Assembly: GCA_002811645.1 (NCBI GenBank)
Contig: PDIP01000005.1
Location: 197,198 to 261,197 of the forward strand
DNA from: Corallochytrium limacisporum Hawaii
Lineage: Eukaryota; Protista; Pluriformea
DNA: 64,000 nucleotides
Reading direction: 5' to 3'
The position numbers and the translations under genes were made by a program. Below the pieces are notes generated by a model that had not been told where the DNA came from, did not search any database, and worked only from the letters and a program-made list of their open reading frames with translations. Positions 44,068-53,722 of this stretch are shown in pieces. Every line of letters begins with the position of its first letter. The stretch's first letter is position 1.

Positions 44068-44694
44068 ATGCACTTGTAATTGATCTCTTCCCAAAGCGAA
44101 TGCCAGCAGTACAACCGAGAATGTCAATGTTAGACCCAGACTCCACAGTGTACAGATACCACGTAGCATATACAACAGTGAGAATATCAATTGCGATATA
44201 CAAATCGTTAAATGCAAGGAACATAAACGAAGAAAATCATAATGTCGGTGGTTGATGTCTCCAATACCTTTGCTACGTTCCATCGGCCTTGAATGAGTCT
44301 TGGCTCCATGACCGCTCTCTGCCCCTCATGAGACCCTCCCTTTGAGCCGCTGATGACGGGCTCGGACGGACAGCGGGTATTGGTCTCTATGGCCCCAGAT
44401 GAGGACAAAATGGGCCGGCCAAAGTTCGGGGCCTATTTTCAGAGCCCCAAAGGGGAAGGGGCACCCGAGACCGGTTGGGCGGTCCAGCTCATGGAGTGTC
44501 CCAACACAGCAGTGAGCGCCTAAGTTGGGTACTTATGAAACTTCATGGTACATTTAGCCAATGCCGAACGAGCTGTGTTGTGCGCTGTGTGAAACAATTG
44601 TCCGCCAACTGCATTTAGTCGTAGCATTCAATAAAGATGTGACGATAAGCGAAAGAATTTCTTGCTTGTTGCAGCCGAAACTAAATCATCCACA

Positions 44695-46080
44695 ATGGAT
44701 CGCGTTGCTTTGCCGCCACTGAAGCCGCGCCAGAGTGTTGGACAGGATGACACGGGAGTGTATCGTTTTGGTATCATGGGAGGAAAGGCGTTTTCTGTAT
44801 CAGTGAAGCAATGTGATGGTGGTAAGGAAATGCACCGCGTGTGTCTTGTTGATCGGCCGTCGGATGGAGTGGGTGCCACATTTATTCGTTCGGTTTGTTT
44901 GTCACGGGACAAGAAAGACGAAAAGTTGCGTGTGGAACAGGCCAGTGAAGAGGCGTATGATTTACACAGCTGCTTCACGGGAACCGATGACAAACTAGCG
45001 CTGAAGCAGTGCAGTATCGAGGACGTCACGTTCTATTTCAATATTTCGCATCCCATGTTCCGGGTTAATATTGAAGCGTTTTATGCAGACAGTCTGGGGC
45101 AGGTCTACTTCTCATCGCTGGCGATAAGTGAGGCCAGTCATCTTTGCTCTCAGAGATTACAACTAGGTATCGATCTCGAATCTCCCACCCCGGGGAGGAA
45201 TCAGATAGTTGCCCTCCAGCATGGGCCTCATTTTGTGCGATGGTGTGCCCATCCCGCGGGCACTGATCACCAATGTCATGTGGTAGCGTCACATTTCGGA
45301 CAGTACATCATCGTCCGGTCCACTCCGGAGCGGAACATGGCAGACTCCATTGAGATGCTGGAGCGTACGTTCGAGTTAACTGCCTTTGATGCCATCACTT
45401 CTGTCGATTTGTTCTGCCCCATATTGGCCTACACCGCTGGAAATCGGTTGAGTGTGTGGGACATGCGTGCAGAAACTGAGCTCTTCTCCGTGGTACCGAA
45501 TCGGTTACCCTTACAGACAGTGCGCTTGGTCTGTTTAGATCCGGACGGCAAGTCCCCGCGTTGCAAGGCTCCTACTCACTTGCTCGTTGCAGGTCAAGAC
45601 AACGGTGTTTATGTGTACGAGATTTCCAAGGGAGGGTCATGTCAGGCTATGATCCCCGGTACACCCCGTCTTGGGACAGGTTTTTTGGAAATGATCAGCA
45701 TGCCATTAGATGTCAATAATATGAAGGGATCCGTCACGCGGGCGGTGGTAGCAGCATCGTGCGAGGATGGGCAGATCTGCTTACTCAACCATCCCGTACT
45801 AAACAATCCGGAGGACGATCCGAACGCCAAGGCAAAGTCTAAAGAGCTAGGTCGTATGGATTCGCGTTGGATCTCTGTGTACTGCTTGCCGTATCTGACA
45901 ATGGGTGCAGATGACGATGACTCTGTGGCGTATGGTATCGGTGGCGTGACTGCATCCAAGACCTACCACGCGTTCCCTCCCCAGTATTTACGGCAGTGCA
46001 TGATAGAGAACACACTAAAAGCCGATGAGAAGATGGCCCGCAAAAGACCGCCCGAAGATCACACTGGCATTGAACGTTGA
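44695..46080 (+). CDS. Uncharacterised protein with degenerate WD40-like repeats
   Basis: Long ORF; ITSVDL..RLSVWD, LLVAGQDNGVYVYE, AASCEDGQICL resemble WD40 blades; first ATG 44695. Confidence 0.6.
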   Translation: MDRVALPPLKPRQSVGQDDTGVYRFGIMGGKAFSVSVKQCDGGKEMHRVCLVDRPSDGVGATFIRSVCLSRDKKDEKLRVEQASEEAYDLHSCFTGTDDKLALKQCSIEDVTFYFNISHPMFRVNIEAFYADSLGQVYFSSLAISEASHLCSQRLQLGIDLESPTPGRNQIVALQHGPHFVRWCAHPAGTDHQCHVVASHFGQYIIVRSTPERNMADSIEMLERTFELTAFDAITSVDLFCPILAYTAGNRLSVWDMRAETELFSVVPNRLPLQTVRLVCLDPDGKSPRCKAPTHLLVAGQDNGVYVYEISKGGSCQAMIPGTPRLGTGFLEMISMPLDVNNMKGSVTRAVVAASCEDGQICLLNHPVLNNPEDDPNAKAKSKELGRMDSRWISVYCLPYLTMGADDDDSVAYGIGGVTASKTYHAFPPQYLRQCMIENTLKADEKMARKRPPEDHTGIER

Positions 46081-46195
46081 CAAACGTGCAACTGTAGTAT
46101 CGCGGCAGCGTATGATTACACATGTCAAATTATATTTTAAACTATGATAATGAATAGAGTACGAAGGTGAAGAGCTTTTCTAGTTCGGATCGCCC

Positions 46196-48007
46196 TCAGT
46201 ACGGTTGACTGTCAATATCGTCCTCCTCTACTTGTTCTTGTTCCTCATCCTCGTCTCTACTGTCCAAGTCATGGCCATTTTCAGAATAAAGGTTCGATTG
46301 CAAATCGGCCTTGTACTCGTAGTCGTCCTTTCCCGAGGAGCCGAGCAGGCTGCGCAGTCCGGCCAACAGTGCTTTACTGCCACCGGCAGCATATACAACC
46401 AGAACCGTAAGGAGGAACAGGATCAGCAGGAGACTCACTACGAAGGCCCACGAGTCCGTGATAGAGCTAAGGTAATGCTTGCGCTTGCCATCATATTCGC
46501 CATTTTGGGTGCAACCCAAGTCATGCTCATCTTCAATACTAAGCACAGAGGGGCACAGGCCGCTCTCGATGGCATGTGGACTGCAGCGCGGCGCAATCCT
46601 GAAGGGTTCAATCAAGCCGCTGCGGAACTGAGGCAGGTCATTCCCGTTTGCGTCCTTTTTCGTGGGGTAGTCCGTACTCAGCAATTGGGCACTAGAATCC
46701 ATGCCGGTGTCGCGGCGCTTCTGGTAGCCAGGATCATCCTCGGGGCCAGGGACGTGGTCACCCATGTCAGGCCGGGTCCGTACAAGGAAACCCTTCGGCA
46801 CTGCGTCTGTAATATTCTGTAGCTGCACAATTGGGTCATTGTATTTGACCCAAGCAGCGTATTTGTCATCGAAGGAAGGCACCTCAAACATGGGGAACGC
46901 AACCCACTCGTCCAGGGGCCGGTGGTGTGGGTAAGTCATGTCGTGGTCCTCGTAAGGATTAGAGTCCATGCCGATGATAAACTTTCCACGCCCAAAGGCG
47001 AGGCTGGGCCAGCCGCACTTCTGTATGGCCTTACCCAAATTCAATTCAGTAGCGTCTTCGTCACCGAGGCTGGGGCAGTCAAGAATATGCTTGGGCATGA
47101 TCAATTTATCCTCCCCAATGTCTGTAAGCAGCTGGGTTCGGAACTTCTCCGCAACGTACCTGCGCTCCTTGTCTGTGATTGTGTCCGTCCAATTGCCTCG
47201 CAGTACTGGCAGGTTGTCATTGCACCTCATAAGGACCTTCTGGTAGTTTTCAAACGCCGGCAGGACGGACCCGTCCTCACCAGCATCCTTCAGGCCATCG
47301 TAGACGCAGGAGTAGTACTTGGGGCAAGGTTCCTCTATGCGCTTAAAGAATTGATTGCAGGCACCAATGGATTCGAGATCACCCTCGCTTGGAGTGTAGT
47401 CACCGTTTCCTGCTTCGATCCAGGACTTAAAGCCAGGAAGCTTGTACAGACAGCCCGGGAGAGTCTCGGTAGTGATGGCTTTGCACATGTCCTGCGCAGT
47501 GAGACGACCCTTGAATTCAAAGTTTATCGTGATGGGGACATGGTCCTCATTCTGCGTTGACCACCGTACGATATCCATGTAACATGACTGGGGATCGTTA
47601 CAGATAGAATGGATATCGTACCGAGGTACATGAATGACTTTGAAACTGTCAGTTTCCGGGTGCCACCAAAAATCAATCTCGAAGTTTCGGATTTTCGCCT
47701 CAACTTGCTCAAGCATTGGCGGTAGAGTATAGTTGAAGGTGGCCACGGTATTGCAAAGGTTCTCGGCTTCATTGTCTGCGGAGCCAGAGCCACAATATTT
47801 CATGACGTCATCCTCCGGGGCAATGTGGTAAGAGTTGTGTGTCCCTGTGACTTGTACAACGGTGAGTGGGATCTTCGTCTCCATCACCAGCGGCTCCTCA
47901 CAAAGGGGCACATTGCTTGCCTCGCATAGAGGAATGGAGAGGAAGGCAGCAACTAGTACAAACGCGGAGAAAACCCCGGGTGGCAGAGCAATTGCGTTGT
48001 ATGGCAT
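46196..48007 (-). CDS. Type-I membrane PI-PLC-like phosphodiesterase (bacterial Ca-dependent PI-PLC type)
   Basis: Signal-like N-terminus; GTHNSYH, RNFEIDF, FKVIHV, HVPITI, WPSLAFGRGK, GFLVRTRPD, AQLLSTDYP; TM FVVSLLLILFLLTVLVVYAA; acidic tail. Confidence 0.85.
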   Translation of the reverse strand: MPYNAIALPPGVFSAFVLVAAFLSIPLCEASNVPLCEEPLVMETKIPLTVVQVTGTHNSYHIAPEDDVMKYCGSGSADNEAENLCNTVATFNYTLPPMLEQVEAKIRNFEIDFWWHPETDSFKVIHVPRYDIHSICNDPQSCYMDIVRWSTQNEDHVPITINFEFKGRLTAQDMCKAITTETLPGCLYKLPGFKSWIEAGNGDYTPSEGDLESIGACNQFFKRIEEPCPKYYSCVYDGLKDAGEDGSVLPAFENYQKVLMRCNDNLPVLRGNWTDTITDKERRYVAEKFRTQLLTDIGEDKLIMPKHILDCPSLGDEDATELNLGKAIQKCGWPSLAFGRGKFIIGMDSNPYEDHDMTYPHHRPLDEWVAFPMFEVPSFDDKYAAWVKYNDPIVQLQNITDAVPKGFLVRTRPDMGDHVPGPEDDPGYQKRRDTGMDSSAQLLSTDYPTKKDANGNDLPQFRSGLIEPFRIAPRCSPHAIESGLCPSVLSIEDEHDLGCTQNGEYDGKRKHYLSSITDSWAFVVSLLLILFLLTVLVVYAAGGSKALLAGLRSLLGSSGKDDYEYKADLQSNLYSENGHDLDSRDEDEEQEQVEEDDIDSQPY

Positions 48008-48286
48008 CTTGTGTCCCCGAGTGTCAGTTTCTATACTGCATTACACTGATACACTTCGTTCGGCGATGAGTTCATTGGATCCAACACCCAGCATCCGGAT
48101 AAACTAAAAACAAAAAATTGCCTACAGGAATATTTTCATAACTGATTTTCGGTTAGAACTTGGGGTACCTTCATATACCTCGTGACCAGGCAAGAGTGAA
48201 ATTCCAAAGTCGTAGCCCTTTCGTCACACTCGTATGCATCCCTCTGGTGGATCGGAAACCCGCCCCCCTCCCACCCCCAACCCACC

Positions 48287-48508
48287 NNNNNNNNNNNNNN
48301 NNNNNNNNNNNNNNNNNNNNNNNNNNNNNNNNNNNNNNNNNNNNNNNNNNNNNNNNNNNNNNNNNNNNNNNNNNNNNNNNNNNNNNNNNNNNNNNNNNNN
48401 NNNNNNNNNNNNNNNNNNNNNNNNNNNNNNNNNNNNNNNNNNNNNNNNNNNNNNNNNNNNNNNNNNNNNNNNNNNNNNNNNNNNNNNNNNNNNNNNNNNN
48501 NNNNNNNN
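48287..48508. other. Assembly gap with duplicated flanks
   Basis: 222 N; acccccaacccacc occurs at both 48273-48286 and 48509-48522. Confidence 0.95.
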
Positions 48509-48731
48509 ACCCCCAACCCACCACCCCTCTCAGGAAAGGGGGACCAGCGGCAGAGAAAGTTCTCTTTCAGATGGCTTACATACCGCTGGATCAAACAAAA
48601 GCGGGAAGTAGGCAAAGGAAGAGTTGGCCAAGAGCCGCCGAGCCTTGGCCAGTGGCCCCAACCCAGGAGCGCACAAAGGGGACGGGTGTCCATATTTTGC
48701 TGCCTCTTTCGATTACTACTTCAGCCCGACG

Positions 48732-48801
48732 CCCCCCCCCGGGGGGGGCCACCTCTCCTGCTCCCAATTCCTGCAGGTTTGGTGCCCCCCGGGGGGGGGG
48801 G
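48732..48801. repeat. Two Cn-Gn tracts (C9G8 and C6G11)
   Basis: Read directly at 48732-48748 and 48785-48801. Confidence 0.7.
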
Positions 48802-49324
48802 TTGTGGCTTTGGATCCTCCCCCCCCTTGGCGAATTCCTTCACAGCTGGATATGGGTTTTCTCAGTGGTGCCGGTGTGTACATAACAAACACACAGTGGG
48901 ACAAAGAAGCAGGAGAAGCATGCGGGCAAGGAGATAAAGAGGACGAGGAGAGGTGGATAAAAAACGGCCCCGGGATTGGTATCTTCGTCTTGTGTTTCTT
49001 TATCATTTTTTTTGTTTTGGGCAATTGCGGTGTACAATAGCGGCGGACCCGCCTGTCGCCCAGGAAATTGCGCTCCTTTTGATGGTTCCTCCCCCCTCCC
49101 CAAAAAAATAACCCAGGTCTCCGGCCACCCAGCCGGTCATTCTTATACAGCTGCTTCTCAAATTGAGCAGGGAAGGGGTGTGTGGGGGGTGTGTGGGTGT
49201 GTGGGTGTGTTCCGACTTCTCGCTCCCTCGCCTCGGGCCTCTCGGAGCTCCCCCCCCCCCCCGGGGGTTTCCTGGTTCCCCGGGTATCGTTCGGGTATTG
49301 CGGTGAGTAGGGACGGAGGGGTGG

Positions 49325-49663
49325 GTGGACGGACGAAACGCAGATGATCACCTCCCTGCCACGGGCCGGCATAGGTCCATGCAGGCTTCGCAACGGTACA
49401 TGAAGAAAGCTACCTCTGCAGAGACAATCAGGGGCCTTGGCTCCATCACCCGTTCTCGTCGCGGTATGCGTCTGCAGAGCCGCTACAACGTAGGCAATCA
49501 AACCGCTGAGATGCTGCCGTCAGAGAATACGGAGAAGTTGGCCGCTGGTTGTCGTCTTCGTATGGGGAAACACGGTGATCCTCGGGACTCCCGTCGTGGC
49601 TCGGCGTCGTCACCACGACATTCCCGTGGTGGCAGCGCAGACAGCCACAAGTCCTCTTACTGA
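49325..49663 (+). CDS. Possible 3' part of an unrecognised gene (Arg/Ser-rich ORF)
   Basis: 112 codons ending RDSRRGSASSPRHSRGGSADSHKSSY, convergent on Cdc25 at 277 bp; no family recognised. Confidence 0.25.
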   Translation: MDGRNADDHLPATGRHRSMQASQRYMKKATSAETIRGLGSITRSRRGMRLQSRYNVGNQTAEMLPSENTEKLAAGCRLRMGKHGDPRDSRRGSASSPRHSRGGSADSHKSSY

Positions 49664-49940
49664 AGCACCTCTGCCTCCAACCACGGATATGTGGAGACGA
49701 TAATACCGCTCCACACACACCGTCGGTTGCCTGCCGAAGAAAGTTGGCAAGGCGCCTATAATCACGTTATCAGTGGGAAACATGGGAATCCGACGCAGAC
49801 GGTATGCTCCTATTCATTTTCCTTTATTCGCACATGCTCAATATCATTATATCGTCATCTGGCTCCCGTTCACTCTGGTGGAAAAATAGTAGTCATCAAT
49901 GAGAGGGTTCGATTATCCTTTATTCACTACATGCCTTCAA

Positions 49941-52481
49941 TTACCGGCGTCCCATCCGACTCTGACCATTGCAGCTGCGCTCAAAATGTTTCAGTTCGTT
50001 CGCAAAGCGCTCGTCAATCATGGAAACGTACGCCGGAGGCTCCGAGCACTCGCTACCATGGTTTTGGAAAAAGCCACGGTAACCACCGTCAAGCACGTAC
50101 AGCTCAGGGTAGTATACCTGCGGATAGCGGTGCGAGTTCAGATAGCGGTCCATATTCCGGAAGTAGCGACAGAGCTTCGGACCGCGCTTCTGCGAGTACT
50201 CGCAGTGGAAGATGATCACAGCATTGGGGCTTTCCTGAGGTTCGTCCAGGAAATACTGGAGAACCATCTCCTGTGTGTACAGATTGACGGCGCCCTTCAG
50301 ATGCCCACCCTCATACTCGTATGGGTATCGGGCGTCGACAATGATGACGCGGTCAAAGTTGTGGTTGTAACTGCCATTCATCACCTCCAGCAACGTCTCC
50401 CCGCTGATGCGTTTCACATCGTGTGTGCCAGAAACGAGGGGCAGCGACAGGGCCTGCCCGTCGCCGCGACGGCCGTGTACAGTTGAGAAATCACCGGACG
50501 CGAAGTCGTAGCCGGCGCTGCTAATCGTGGTGGCCGAAGAGACTGTAGAAGCAGTCGTGTCACTGTCAGTTGCAACAATTGTCGAGTGGGCCGAAATGGA
50601 GCGTTCAAAATTCTGGGCGGCTACTTGCACATTAACCAGTGCAGGAGCACTTGACCGCTTAACCATCTGAGAATCCCCACTATTTGGGATCTGATGATGC
50701 AGCTGCTGACTGTGATACCGCGTCGGAATATTGGTTTGGCGATAGCATTGTTGCTGGTGTGGCTGATCCGTTGGCTCCGGTTGCTTCTCCTGCTGTTCTG
50801 CATGATGCAGATTCGCAAACGGAGGAAGCTTGCCCGGGCAGTGGAAGGTCGTTCCAGTAACCTCAGTGTTGTGTCGCCGTAGGGGCGCCCCACGGGTTTG
50901 GCTATTGCCGGCACGCTGGGCCTTGCGGGACGGCTGCTGTGTTCCCATGGACCCAGTCCGGCCGCGTACACGAGAAAATTGAGACGGAAATCCTTTCCCG
51001 AGCTCCTGCGAGGAGGAGTTGTGCGTTGGCGGCAGGTTCGCTTCCTCGCTGTGGTGAATGGCAATCCGGCTGTCTTCCATATCATCAAGAGGTCTTGGTT
51101 GTTCACTCCCCTCCTCGTCACTATCCTTCATCTTGTCACCAAAAGCGTACGTATTTGCACGCTTCTTTTGGAACGGTGATTTTGTTGGGGTCTTTAGGGG
51201 CCGCTTGTCGGCCGCAGGTGCCGTCAGAAAGTGGGACGGCTGAGCAGCGACGGTCTTCGAATATGGGTCGTCACCGATATTGCCGGATTCGTCGTTGGTA
51301 TCACAGTACATGCCATGGGAAGTGCTGTGCTCGGTCGGATGCACCGGAGTGCCCTCTGCGGCATGGCGACGGTCCACAGCGCGTTGAAGGAACTTGGGCG
51401 TCGGAATCTTCTGCGGCTTGTTGATGAGGGCCGGAGAAGATGGTGTATTGCGCTCGTCTTCGTCTCCTTCCGACATGACATCATCCAAGGTTACACCGAG
51501 GTTGTTAAACGTATCAGCACTGCAGTGACGGGAGTGACCTGTCGCCGGAGAAGACGACTTCATCAGCAGCGAATGCGACGTGCTGGCCTCGCTGTGGCGC
51601 CGATTGTTCGGGAACTGCGGGGCCCACGTCTCCGCTCGATGGAGCCGCCGGGATCCGCGCAGCCTCTGACGCTGCTGCACGGTGCGACCGGTGTGGTTAT
51701 TGCCACTACCATTCTGCTGACTAAATTTACCTGCATTGAGGAAGACATTGTCCTGCTCGTCGTCGTGAATAGAGCGGCTACTATTAATATACGGCGAATC
51801 CGCCTGCTTCAGGATGGCACTGCGGTTGATGTAGCGCACAGTAGTGCTGCTGGATAGTAAGTTCTTGTTATCAACCTGTACAGTGAGGCTAGATGTCCGG
51901 CTCTGCGTCATCATGCCGGTTGGTTTCGGGCCAACTTCGTTCTCGACTTTCATCGGAGAAGCTTCCTTGTTGCTTACGTTGCGAGACACCATAGTCATCA
52001 TGTCACCAACCGTTCTTTGCATACTTACCGCAGTAGTCGTGGATTGATACGCTTCAAAGAACTGACGCGTGGAGTGAAGTACAGCAGCAGAATCAGTGCA
52101 TAAAGGAACGCTGTCCTTCTGACAGCCGGAGTATCCGTGACTGACAATCGGGTTGGCATTTTCCTTGTCTATGATTGCATGAGCACCACCCCAGCGTGGC
52201 GTAATGCCAAAGTCCTCACTAACAGTGTCCTCCTCTTCCTCAACCTGGCTCAATGGTCGAATGGACAGTCCTAAGTCTTCACTGTCCTCGTGTTCGCAGT
52301 CGCTGCCGTCCTCAGGTGATGTCTCGCTTCCCCCGAGGGACAGTCTCCTCATAGGAGTTTTGAATGCAGGCTGCGAGATAGTCTGCTGGTTCAGTTTCTT
52401 CGTTATGTCGCTGAGACCGGTGCTGGCACGAACATTGCCAGTAGTGCTCATCCGACTGTCGTAGTCCTGGTCTCCAGTCAT
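49941..52481 (-). CDS. CDC25: Cdc25 M-phase inducer phosphatase
   Basis: IVDARYPYEYEGGHLKGA, IFHCEYSQKRGP (HCX5R), YYPELYVLDGGY; long disordered N-terminus with KEN box (DKENA); first ATG 52481. Confidence 0.96.
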   Translation of the reverse strand: MTGDQDYDSRMSTTGNVRASTGLSDITKKLNQQTISQPAFKTPMRRLSLGGSETSPEDGSDCEHEDSEDLGLSIRPLSQVEEEEDTVSEDFGITPRWGGAHAIIDKENANPIVSHGYSGCQKDSVPLCTDSAAVLHSTRQFFEAYQSTTTAVSMQRTVGDMMTMVSRNVSNKEASPMKVENEVGPKPTGMMTQSRTSSLTVQVDNKNLLSSSTTVRYINRSAILKQADSPYINSSRSIHDDEQDNVFLNAGKFSQQNGSGNNHTGRTVQQRQRLRGSRRLHRAETWAPQFPNNRRHSEASTSHSLLMKSSSPATGHSRHCSADTFNNLGVTLDDVMSEGDEDERNTPSSPALINKPQKIPTPKFLQRAVDRRHAAEGTPVHPTEHSTSHGMYCDTNDESGNIGDDPYSKTVAAQPSHFLTAPAADKRPLKTPTKSPFQKKRANTYAFGDKMKDSDEEGSEQPRPLDDMEDSRIAIHHSEEANLPPTHNSSSQELGKGFPSQFSRVRGRTGSMGTQQPSRKAQRAGNSQTRGAPLRRHNTEVTGTTFHCPGKLPPFANLHHAEQQEKQPEPTDQPHQQQCYRQTNIPTRYHSQQLHHQIPNSGDSQMVKRSSAPALVNVQVAAQNFERSISAHSTIVATDSDTTASTVSSATTISSAGYDFASGDFSTVHGRRGDGQALSLPLVSGTHDVKRISGETLLEVMNGSYNHNFDRVIIVDARYPYEYEGGHLKGAVNLYTQEMVLQYFLDEPQESPNAVIIFHCEYSQKRGPKLCRYFRNMDRYLNSHRYPQVYYPELYVLDGGYRGFFQNHGSECSEPPAYVSMIDERFANELKHFERSCNGQSRMGRR

Positions 52482-53398
52482 GGTCAATTCTGAGCTCAGG
52501 ATATCAAGTTTGTATGCTATTGGTTCTTTAAATGTATGGATCAATTCGTATTCATGTTTGGTTCTTTACTATGCCTATCCGTATTCCTTGTTGCTGGCTT
52601 CGCCACTGTTGGTTATCTCCCGCTCTTCACCCTAAAGAATTCACACTTCCCGCTTCACACGTTTCCTGTTCTGACCAATACCTTATAAGCTTCCCCTTCA
52701 GTTCTGATCTACCTTCTCAGAGTCCGAATGGTTTGTATGGCTCTGTGTAGTCTATAAAAAGGGGCTTGAAAGCTCCACAGGCGCCAGGACAAGCAACTCG
52801 GCAGCTATGATACCATCCCAAACGGTTGCACAAACAGAACAGATGCCGAGAACAACGTTTCGAGCGAGGCCGAGAGAGTCGAGAGTGTTTGGGTACGCAA
52901 CCCCAGGGGTCGGCCGGAGCTGAGGGGCATGCGCCGCAGAGTTCTTCACTTTCCTTTGTGACCGTCGGCACTTGCCAGGGCACGAATTTTTCCAAATTTT
53001 CCCCGCGCAAACGACAAATATTCTCTGTTTCGGTTGTTTTTGTTTGGCCCTTTTTCTCGTGTTTCGCACTGAATTATTTCGTTTTTTGCCCCAGGGGCCG
53101 GTTTTCTCCCGACGCGCTTCTACTCGCCCGTTCTCGGTCCCTTTTTGCCCCCCTCGCCCTCTGTTTCTATCGTTTCTCCTGCCTCCTTCCAGCATACTCT
53201 GTCCATGTCGAAAGCGTCCGAACCGTCCGAACACCCTTGCCCCGGTGACACGAGAATAAGGATGTTATGCGTACCTTTTCGCCACACACATGCGAAGTGT
53301 GTGTATGGATGAAGTCAGTCTGTCACGCCCCCCCGTGTTCTGGCCAAAGGTCTGTGTGGCCCCTTTCTCTCCTTCCCAGCCCCTCCCCTGTCTCGTCT

Positions 53399-53432
53399 CC
53401 CCCCCCCCTGCCCCCCCCCCCCCCCCCCCCGG
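53399..53432. repeat. C10-TG-C20-GG homopolymer tract
   Basis: Read directly; in the Cdc25/UCKL1 divergent region. Confidence 0.7.
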
Positions 53433-53658
53433 TGTTTTGCTCGTCTCCACTCCCGTTCCCGTTGGCGCGACCCGCTTGGCATAGGATTTCTATGACATAT
53501 TCCGTGGCAGTGCGAGCGGGAAAAAAACTTGGGAGAAATAGGAAAAAAACGGGACGGTTCTTTTCTCTCCTGTTTTAAACATTTTTGTAACTTGCTCGCC
53601 CTTCCCCAACACCCCTCTTTACCCCCCCTCCCCGGGGAGCCACGGCGCCTCTCCCCCC

Positions 53659-53722
53659 NNNNNNNNNNNNNNNNNNNNNNNNNNNNNNNNNNNNNNNNNN
53701 NNNNNNNNNNNNNNNNNNNNNN
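53659..53722. other. Assembly gap with duplicated flanks
   Basis: 64 N; ccccggggagccacggcgcc occurs at 53630-53649 and 53724-53743. Confidence 0.95.

Noticed and set aside
48273-48522. Direct repeats flanking N gaps (also 53630-53743) as target-site duplications of an element
   Set aside because: More simply unmerged contig overlaps; no transposase or terminal repeats visible
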